NCBI GenBank assembly: GCA_039740895.1
Contig: JBCLGS010000001.1
Span: 4,013 to 68,012 of the forward strand
DNA length: 64,000 nucleotides
Direction: 5' to 3'
Source: Parcubacteria group bacterium
GTDB taxonomy: Bacteria; Patescibacteriota; Minisyncoccia; Phycocordibacterales; DATDWN01
In this document: positions 57,206-64,000 of the stretch, piece after piece
How the letters are laid out: each line of letters begins with the position of its first letter
How positions within the stretch are numbered: position 1 is the stretch's first letter
The notes under the pieces: model-generated
The model's input: the letters and a program-made list of their open reading frames with translations, nothing else
What the model was told of the DNA's origin: nothing
Database searches by the model: none
Program-made: the position numbers and the translations under genes

Positions 57206-58753
57206 ATGAAAAAAGGTTTTATAATTATTTGTATATTTCTTTCTCTCTATCTGGCATTTTTTGTCACCCAAAAAATAAACTTTCTAACGGCGGACTTAGG
57301 AAGACATGTAAAAAATGGGGAGATTTTTCTAAATAGTGTGCAGTTTGGTGCTTCCAAAACTGCCATATTACACACCAATTTTTACTCAAGCACTTTCCCC
57401 GAATTCCCTTTTATCAATCACCACTGGGGTAGCGGAATTTTAGTTTATTTAATTTATTTGATATCTGGCTGGAATGGCTTGTCCATCGCCTACATAATTT
57501 GCTTCATTCTAGCCCTCATCTTTTCTCTATTAGTAGCAAGGAAAGATGTTCCATTGTGGAGTGTTGGACTATCTGGTTTTTTTCTAGTGCCGATGATTGC
57601 AAGCCGTATGGAAGTCAGACCAGAAGTTTTGAGCTACCTTTTTATCTGTGTTTTCATTTATCTACTCTACCAATTTTCTAAAAATCAAATCTCATATAAA
57701 TTACTTTTTATATTGCCCGTGTTGGGGTTGCTCTGGTCAAATATTCATATTTATTTTATTTTCGGAGTTTTTATAATTGGAGTATTTCTTTTTGAAAAGT
57801 TAATTAATCGTGATTTTGTTAGTGCAAGAAAACTATCTATTATTTTAGGACTAACAGGCCTAGCCACACTTATCACACCCTACGGTCTACTAGGTGCTCT
57901 ATACCCTTTTACTATATTTGCGAACTATGGTTATCTAATTGTTGAAAACCAATCAATCCCTTTTCTGGAAAATCTATCATTTGCCAATCCAAACTTCCTT
58001 TGGTACAAAATAACACTCTGTCTAATTGTCATTTCCTCAATCATAATCTTGGTCAAAAAAAGAAATGATTTTATCATTTCACTTTCAATAATCTCTCTGA
58101 CATTCGCTGTTCTAGCTTTTTTTGGCATTCGCCACCTATCAGTTTTCGCGCTAGTATCACTTCCGCTTCTCGCTTATAATTTTTCAATAATTAGAGAATT
58201 ATTTTTCAATAAAATAAAGAAAGAAAATTTCGCTATTGGTCTTGGAATTATTTTCTGTCTTATTTTTTTTACCGCCACTGTAAATTTTTGGAATAAACTA
58301 CCGTGGAATACAAATTTCGGTATTGGACTACTTCCAGAAAGTTTGAACTCTAGCCAATTTATAAAAAATACGAACATCCATGGACCAATATTCAATAATT
58401 ATGATATCGGAGGATCTATGATATTCACTCTCTATCCGAAAGAAAAAGTTTTCGTGGATAATAGACCAGAAGCCTACCCAAAAGAATTTTTTAGCCAAAC
58501 CTACATAGCTATGCAAGAAGATGATTCTGTCTGGCAAAAAATTTCTGAAAAAGAAAAATTTAATTCTATTTATTTTTATCGTCTGGACTACACACCATGG
58601 GCTCAAAAATTTTTGATAGAAAGAGTAAAAGACCCAGAGTGGGCTCCAGTGTATGTTGATTCTCAAACAATTATTTTTTTAAAGCGAAATAATCAAAATA
58701 AATATATAATAGAAAAATATGAACTGCCAAGAGAAATGTTTAATATAAAATGA
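57206..58753 (+). CDS. Polytopic membrane protein (515 aa)
   Basis: Many TM segments. No assigned family. Confidence 0.6.
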   Translation: MKKGFIIICIFLSLYLAFFVTQKINFLTADLGRHVKNGEIFLNSVQFGASKTAILHTNFYSSTFPEFPFINHHWGSGILVYLIYLISGWNGLSIAYIICFILALIFSLLVARKDVPLWSVGLSGFFLVPMIASRMEVRPEVLSYLFICVFIYLLYQFSKNQISYKLLFILPVLGLLWSNIHIYFIFGVFIIGVFLFEKLINRDFVSARKLSIILGLTGLATLITPYGLLGALYPFTIFANYGYLIVENQSIPFLENLSFANPNFLWYKITLCLIVISSIIILVKKRNDFIISLSIISLTFAVLAFFGIRHLSVFALVSLPLLAYNFSIIRELFFNKIKKENFAIGLGIIFCLIFFTATVNFWNKLPWNTNFGIGLLPESLNSSQFIKNTNIHGPIFNNYDIGGSMIFTLYPKEKVFVDNRPEAYPKEFFSQTYIAMQEDDSVWQKISEKEKFNSIYFYRLDYTPWAQKFLIERVKDPEWAPVYVDSQTIIFLKRNNQNKYIIEKYELPREMFNIK

Positions 58754-58776
58754 AACTTTCAATAGCTATTTATTAT

Positions 58777-59166
58777 TTATTGGAAATCAATTTCAAAAGG
58801 ATACATTCCCATACCACAAGTTCCATTGAGTAACCCTGCTTTTGGATTGCCTAAGTCTATATCTGTTACCCCTGACTGCGATAAGTTTTGAGCAATGTCC
58901 ATACTTGGAATACGGACTGTTGAAGAACAATCAAAGGTGCCGTTTGTATTGACTCGAAGAATTGTTGGGATACCAGCTTTTGCAGTACTTTTTCTCGGTA
59001 GATATCCTCCTTTTGCTGTTAAATCTATAATTTGTTTTCCATCTACAATAGCCACATTATTTACCGAAACAGTCTGATCACCCGAAGAAGTTCTTAATCC
59101 CGAAGAGAGCATCACTCCGACGATGATTAAAATTCCAAAGATAATTGAAAAGAATATATATTTCAT
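58777..59166 (-). CDS. Cupredoxin-like secreted protein
   Basis: Start taken at MKYIFFSIIFG. Has FDCSS and a C-terminal GTCGMGMY Cys/Met cluster. Last gene of the copper operon. Confidence 0.6.
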   Translation of the reverse strand: MKYIFFSIIFGILIIVGVMLSSGLRTSSGDQTVSVNNVAIVDGKQIIDLTAKGGYLPRKSTAKAGIPTILRVNTNGTFDCSSTVRIPSMDIAQNLSQSGVTDIDLGNPKAGLLNGTCGMGMYPFEIDFQ

Positions 59167-59181
59167 CTTATTTTGTTTTTT

Positions 59182-59305
59182 AAAAACTTTTATAATTTGA
59201 ATGAAATCCGAGACGGACAAAAAATTTGTGCGAAACCGTACTCCTGTACGGTGACAAACAAATTTTGAAGTCCAACGATGGAGTTCGTCAAATTTGAAAG
59301 TTTTT
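59182..59305. repeat. Structured intergenic element B2
   Basis: Shares atgaaatccgag, hairpin ccgtac-tcct-gtacgg, gtgacaaacaaa and gaagtccaacgatggagttcg with B1. Confidence 0.75.
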
Positions 59306-59306
59306 A

Positions 59307-60395
59307 TTAGAAATTAAATATAGGGGGTATTACATTTATTACCACCAAACTGTTTATTATATTAAACAGAGCAAACATTATAACAATAAGTCCGGCAGAT
59401 TTAAAGAAGATTCCCCGGGAAAAATAACTGCTTGAATTATTTTGGAAACTTAGCGAACTAAAACTGACAAGGGCTAGTGCTGGAAGTGTACCCAAGGCAA
59501 AAACAAACATTGTCATTGCTCCAGTCCAAAAAGTCCCAGTTGATAGAGCATAAATCTGCATTGATTGGGTAAATCCGCATGGTAGAAAAAAAGTAACAAT
59601 ACCAACCAAAAGTGGTGTCAGCGTGTGATTCAGTTTTGAAATTTTCATAGCATTCTTTGAAAGGAACTTTGGCATACTAGGTTGAAGTTTTTTTGAAAAA
59701 TGAAAAACATCAAGCAAATTTAATCCCATAATAAGCATGACCAGTCCAATTATAAAACCGAGGATAAATGTTGCCGAAGTGTTTAATTGAAATACGGCAC
59801 CGAGTGCCCCAATTATTCCACCGAGGATAAAAAAGGAAACCAGTCTTCCTCCATGGAACATAAGCTGAGGTTCAAATTTCTTGACCCGACGGGTCAATGA
59901 CACATGTTTATTATCTTGTAAAGATGTGTCTTCTTTTGCAAAAGTGGCTGACATAGAAAGTAATAGTCCGCCTACAATTGCCAAACATGAAGACAGAGAT
60001 GCAATAGCACCAATAATAAATACCGTGCCGTAATTCATTTTGGATGCATCAACTAAATTAACAAGTCCCATTTTTTGAAGCAAAACAAAAAGAACTGCAA
60101 AGCCGATGGCAATAGGTATCGCCACTTTAAAATCCTTCCAATTTTTATCTGCCTTTTTTTTATCAATTGACACTACATATTTATATTTCGCAAGTAATGT
60201 GGAAAAATCTTCCGCAATAGATTCTGGTGGCACACCTTCAAAGTCCCCTGTCACTCTCAAAGTTTCGTGCTTCAAGTCTACCTTCACATTTTCAACATAA
60301 GAAAGATCTTTTATTTCCTCTTCAATGATAAGTCCGCATGATTTGCAGTGCATTCCACTGACATGAAATGTATATGTTTTTGATTCTCTTTCCAC
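59307..60395 (-). CDS. HMA-domain membrane protein (DsbD_2/UreH-like permease family, tentative)
   Basis: N-terminal GMHCKSC heavy-metal-binding domain, then about six TM segments with FFLPCGFTQ. Confidence 0.65.
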   Translation of the reverse strand: MERESKTYTFHVSGMHCKSCGLIIEEEIKDLSYVENVKVDLKHETLRVTGDFEGVPPESIAEDFSTLLAKYKYVVSIDKKKADKNWKDFKVAIPIAIGFAVLFVLLQKMGLVNLVDASKMNYGTVFIIGAIASLSSCLAIVGGLLLSMSATFAKEDTSLQDNKHVSLTRRVKKFEPQLMFHGGRLVSFFILGGIIGALGAVFQLNTSATFILGFIIGLVMLIMGLNLLDVFHFSKKLQPSMPKFLSKNAMKISKLNHTLTPLLVGIVTFFLPCGFTQSMQIYALSTGTFWTGAMTMFVFALGTLPALALVSFSSLSFQNNSSSYFSRGIFFKSAGLIVIMFALFNIINSLVVINVIPPIFNF

Positions 60396-62713
60396 TATAG
60401 TTTTTTTGATTTTAATCTTAATGAATTTGATACAACTGAGACAGAAGACATCGCCATGGCGAAGCCAGCAAAGACAGGATTTAGTAGCCAGCCAGTAAAA
60501 GGATAGAATAGACCAGCAGCAAGTGGGATACCTACTATATTATATATGAATGCCCAGAATAAATTTTGCTTGATACCTCGCATTGTCATTTTTGAAAGCT
60601 TGATCGCTTTGACAAGTTTTGATATATCTCCGCCAAGCAGAGTGATGCCAGCCGACTCTATAGCCACATCTGTGCCAGTACCCATTGCAATCCCAACATC
60701 GGCTTGAGCGAGAGCTGGAGCATCGTTTACTCCATCTCCTGCCATTGCTACGATTCGTCCCTGTGACTGCAACTCTTTAATTTTTGCCAGTTTATCTTGT
60801 GGCAGAACATGTGCGATAACTTCATCTATTCCAACAAGAGATGCGATATGTTTTGCTGCTTTTTCGTCGTCTCCGGTGAGCATAATCACTTTGATACCTA
60901 GTTTGTGGAGATTTTGAACAGCTTCCTTCGATTCTGATTTTACTTTGTCCGCCACCATCACAAAACCAAGTACTCCTTTTTTCGTTGCGAGAATAACCGG
61001 AGTTTTTCCCTGTGAAGTAAACTCATCAAGTTTTGTTGTATCAAAGGAAATATTGAGATCACTTATGAGTTTTGTACTACCGATAAAATATTCTGTTCCA
61101 TTAATCAACCCCTTTATTCCTTTACCTTGTAAATTTTCGAAATTTGAAACTGTATGGATATCAATTTTATTTTCCAAAGCATAATTTACAATTGCGTGAG
61201 CAATCGGATGCTCTGATTTCTTTTCAAGCGAAGCAAGTATCGCTACCAATTCCTTGTCTTTTTGATTTGAAAGATTGATGATATCTACAAGCGTCGGTTT
61301 ACCAATAGTGATGGTGCCTGTTTTATCAACAATGACCGTGTCTACTTTGTGGAGCTTCTCTAATGTTGCGGCATCCTTTACTAGAATACCTTCTTTAGCG
61401 CCTTTACCAACTCCGACAATAATTGCTGTTGGTGTAGCGAGACCTAAGGCGCATGGACATGCGATTACAAGTATCCCAACAAATGAGACAAGGCCGAAAG
61501 AAAGAGCCTGAGAGAAGCCCATGTATTGAGTGCCGACAATAAGCCATGTGCCGAGCGTCAGGAAAGCAATCACAAGAACAATCGGCACAAAAATACTTGA
61601 GATTTTATCTGCTAGTGCCTGAATAGGTGCTTTACTACCTTGTGCTTCTTCAACCATTTTTACAATATGAGCAAGTAGAGTTTCAGAACCAATTTTAGTA
61701 GCCTTGAATGTAAACGAGCCACTTGTATTTATAGTTCCGGACACAACAGTATCTCCAATCTTTTTTTGAATTGGCATTGGTTCGCCAGTAATCATTGATT
61801 CATCTACAAAAGAAGTTCCTTCAGTTAAAATTCCATCTACTGGAATTTTCGCACCGGGTTTAACAATGATTAGATCGCCATGCACAACATCGTTCACTGA
61901 AATTTCTACTTCCTCATTTACCCCGAGTGTAGCCGAGGGGCGAATGACAAGAGCAGTTTTAGCTTGCAAATTTAGAAGCTTTTCTATTGCATCACCTGTC
62001 TGTATTTTTGAGCGTGCTTCCAGATATTTACCGAGCGCGATGAAAGTAATAACTATAATCGTTACATCGTAATATTGATAATCAACATTTATAAAAGGTC
62101 GAAGAACTTCCTCAAAAGCAGAGACTGCAAAACTATATAGATAAGCGGCAACAGTTCCTATGCCGATGAGTGTATCCATATTTGCCTTTCCATATCGAAG
62201 AAATCTGTAGAAGCCGAGAAGGTAGGGTTTGCCAACCACGAAGAGGATATACGTAGCCATTAATGGTAACAAATGATGAAAGAATTCATATACAGTAGCA
62301 CCCATGGCTTCGACAACTTTGTACTCCGCAAGAATGTCCCAGCCCATAACAAAAGTGGCAAACACCGCAATTGGGATTGCAGAGATTACCAGTAATCTCT
62401 GACTTGCCACTTCAGCAAGTTTTTCTTTTTTTGACTGATTTAAGCCGAGATGTTGTGCATGCTCGGAGGCGCTCATACCTGGCATCTCGGATGACATTTC
62501 TTCTTGAATAAACGAATATCCTAAAGGTTCTATTTTTTTGCTCAATTCATTTAGATTTGTTTTAGATTCATCGAAAGACATCTTGGCTTTTTCTGTTCCA
62601 TAACTCACTTCTACACCTGAAACTCCATCTACTTTTTGTAGAGTTTTTTCAATAATACTTGCGCATGAAGCGCAGTGCATTCCTTTTACTCTATATGTTT
62701 TTGTATGATTCAT
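60395..62713 (-). CDS. copA: Copper-translocating P1B-type ATPase
   Basis: GMHCASC, CPC, DKTGT and GDGVNDAP. Confidence 0.95.
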   Translation of the reverse strand: MNHTKTYRVKGMHCASCASIIEKTLQKVDGVSGVEVSYGTEKAKMSFDESKTNLNELSKKIEPLGYSFIQEEMSSEMPGMSASEHAQHLGLNQSKKEKLAEVASQRLLVISAIPIAVFATFVMGWDILAEYKVVEAMGATVYEFFHHLLPLMATYILFVVGKPYLLGFYRFLRYGKANMDTLIGIGTVAAYLYSFAVSAFEEVLRPFINVDYQYYDVTIIVITFIALGKYLEARSKIQTGDAIEKLLNLQAKTALVIRPSATLGVNEEVEISVNDVVHGDLIIVKPGAKIPVDGILTEGTSFVDESMITGEPMPIQKKIGDTVVSGTINTSGSFTFKATKIGSETLLAHIVKMVEEAQGSKAPIQALADKISSIFVPIVLVIAFLTLGTWLIVGTQYMGFSQALSFGLVSFVGILVIACPCALGLATPTAIIVGVGKGAKEGILVKDAATLEKLHKVDTVIVDKTGTITIGKPTLVDIINLSNQKDKELVAILASLEKKSEHPIAHAIVNYALENKIDIHTVSNFENLQGKGIKGLINGTEYFIGSTKLISDLNISFDTTKLDEFTSQGKTPVILATKKGVLGFVMVADKVKSESKEAVQNLHKLGIKVIMLTGDDEKAAKHIASLVGIDEVIAHVLPQDKLAKIKELQSQGRIVAMAGDGVNDAPALAQADVGIAMGTGTDVAIESAGITLLGGDISKLVKAIKLSKMTMRGIKQNLFWAFIYNIVGIPLAAGLFYPFTGWLLNPVFAGFAMAMSSVSVVSNSLRLKSKKL

Positions 62714-62726
62714 ATATATTTAATAA

Positions 62727-63005
62727 TTATTTTCTTTTTAATCTATAAACTTTTAATATTTCTTCGGTTGCTACTGCGGGCTTTCCACTTTGCATTTGAT
62801 GGACTACGCAAATATTCAAATGGCTCTCCATCAGTGCATCTTCTACACCAGAAAGAGCCTGCTTCACCGCAGATGTCTGTGTAATAATATCAATACAATA
62901 TGTCCCCCTACTAAGCATTTCTTGAAGCCCTCTGACCTGGCCTTCAATTATTTTCAACCTTTGAATTAGCTTGTTATTATTATTCTCATTATTATTCATT
63001 GTCAT
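62727..63005 (-). CDS. csoR: CsoR-family metal-sensing repressor
   Basis: RLKIIEGQVRGLQEML...YCIDIITQ...H..C matches the CsoR/RcnR pattern. Confidence 0.88.
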   Translation of the reverse strand: MTMNNNENNNNKLIQRLKIIEGQVRGLQEMLSRGTYCIDIITQTSAVKQALSGVEDALMESHLNICVVHQMQSGKPAVATEEILKVYRLKRK

Positions 63006-63013
63006 ATTACCTT

Positions 63014-63044
63014 ATAGTATGTACCCCTAGGGGGTACTAGTCAA
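63014..63044 (-). promoter_or_regulatory. csoR-copA promoter with embedded CsoR-type operator
   Basis: The minus strand reads TTGACT-N-TACTAT with the perfect palindrome GTACCCCTAGGGGGTAC (63021-37) between the -35 and -10. Confidence 0.7.
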
Positions 63045-63170
63045 GTAAAATTGCCTGTGGATAAAAGTAGTCAAATCAAAGTCTCTTGAAAAATAGCCTC
63101 GACCTTGCATCATAAATAAAATAATGTAGAATGTAGTTTGTTCATATATTGTCAGATTCACATATATTTT

Positions 63171-63299
63171 GGGCCCGTAGCTCATCTGGTAGAGTGAGTT
63201 TGGGATAGGGACCCAAACGCAAGACCGGAGGCGCGACGGCGCTGAGGTGGGGTCGAAAGATTTTTCAGTAGAAAAATACTTTTGACCAGCATTTGCAAT
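63171..63299 (+). pseudogene. tRNA-Ala 5' fragment interrupted by a 92-nt structured insert
   Basis: The first 24 nt are identical to tRNA-Ala at 63319. An insert spans 63195-63286, then agcatttgcaat matches the anticodon-loop region. No 3' half. Confidence 0.6.
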
Positions 63300-63318
63300 T
63301 TGTTTAATATATTTTATT

Positions 63319-63391
63319 GGGCCCGTAGCTCATCTGGTAGAGCACATCATTTGCAATGATGGGGTGGCAGGTTCGAGTCCTGTCGGGTCCA
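63319..63391 (+). tRNA. tRNA-Ala(UGC)
   Basis: Folded by hand as a cloverleaf: acceptor GGGCCCG/CGGGUCC with G3-U70, anticodon loop UUUGCAA, T-loop UUCGAGU, discriminator A. CCA is not encoded. Confidence 0.9.
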
Positions 63392-63583
63392 CAGAAAAAT
63401 CCGCATTACAGCGGATATTTTTGGTGGTGTTTGTTTGAAAAAGTCAGAACCCATTTCGAGCAGAACCCCTAGCTTCGCACGCTCCGCGTGCGTGGTGGCT
63501 TGAAACTCAATCGTACGCTCCGATTGCGCCTCGGGCGCGCTCGCGGACTCGCGCGGGCAAGGGAACACTTGTGCAGAGCCAAA

Positions 63584-63746
63584 ACCCAAAAATTTTCCTT
63601 CCTTTCTGATTTAATTCGGCGGGGGGTGTGGGGGGTGAGGTGCGACAACTGGAAGCACCGCAAGATCTTGAGCATTTTGTAATCAAAATGTGAAAGGTGT
63701 ACAGTTTCTGTAAGAAAACGACAAAAAATGGAAAGGAAATTTTTGG
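63584..63746 (+). repeat. Structured element C3 carrying the conserved core (63641-63717)
   Basis: Outer stem ccaaaaattttccttcc / ggaaaggaaatttttgg. The core shares GCAAGAYCUUGAG, the attttgtaatcaaaat hairpin and AAAGGUGUAC with C1 and C2. Confidence 0.7.
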
Positions 63747-63942
63747 TTTTGCTTCGTCGCTTCAGTCTCCGAAAAGAGCAATCTAATTATGACATTTTTG
63801 TTTGCTCTTTTCTACATCTTCGCGGCGACCCGAGGCGCATACAATTCGGTTTGCGTTGTTGTTTGTAGCTACTTGGCGAAAATCGTGAATTTGATTTCGC
63901 AATTTTCTTTTTTCAATCCTCCAAATTTTTCTTTAGTGGCTT

Positions 63943-64000
63943 CTAACGAAGCGTACTGCCAACAAGAATGCCGTTGGCCCAATAGAATCCAGTACCGCCG
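63943..64000 (-). CDS. 3' end of a CDS running off the window
   Basis: The minus frame reads ...GGTGFYWANGILVGSTLR then stop. It is too short to identify. Confidence 0.25.
   Translation of the reverse strand, partial: GGTGFYWANGILVGSTLR

Noticed and set aside
63171-63260. The tRNA-Ala 5' fragment could be read as a second tRNA with a 7-bp anticodon stem and anticodon AGG.
   Set aside because: No T-arm or 3' acceptor strand follows and the anticodon stem length is non-canonical. It is better explained as a truncated tRNA-Ala copy with an inserted hairpin module.

Overview
AT-rich, gene-dense window. Gene content suggests a small-genome Patescibacteria/CPR-like bacterium: short AlaRS, many small secreted or membrane hypotheticals, and truncated biosynthetic genes. 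This assignment is inference only. From 1 to 35 kb almost everything is on the minus strand and is housekeeping: grpE-dnaK-dnaJ, rpsI-rplM, infA-rpmJ-rpsM-rpsK-rpsD-rpoA-rplQ, ligA, alaS, mnmA, mltG, leuS, ychF. From 35 to 59 kb the content is accessory: secreted proteins, a decayed defence island with a C-protein-controlled R-M system, a Z1-domain protein and a DUF2779-HNH operon, and several gene fragments. From 59 to 63 kb lies a CsoR-controlled copper operon, followed by tRNA-Ala. Four things deserve a second look. (1) An unannotated 54-aa peptide ending FDK-S-WDK-G-WNK sits directly behind a radical SAM/SPASM enzyme and is a candidate cyclophane or Lys-Trp crosslinked RiPP. (2) A mosaic population of long structured palindromic elements fills nearly every intergenic gap of the ribosomal-protein and chaperone operons. 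It includes a conserved ~72-77 nt three-hairpin core with compensatory changes, present in one copy and exactly absent from a homologous one. (3) Small structured or GC-rich insertions lie in frame inside conserved housekeeping genes (alaS GDYFK motif, mnmA, ychF). (4) A two-gene cassette is bracketed by a 368-bp direct repeat of the ligA 3' end. No CRISPR array, rRNA, transposase or integrase was seen.
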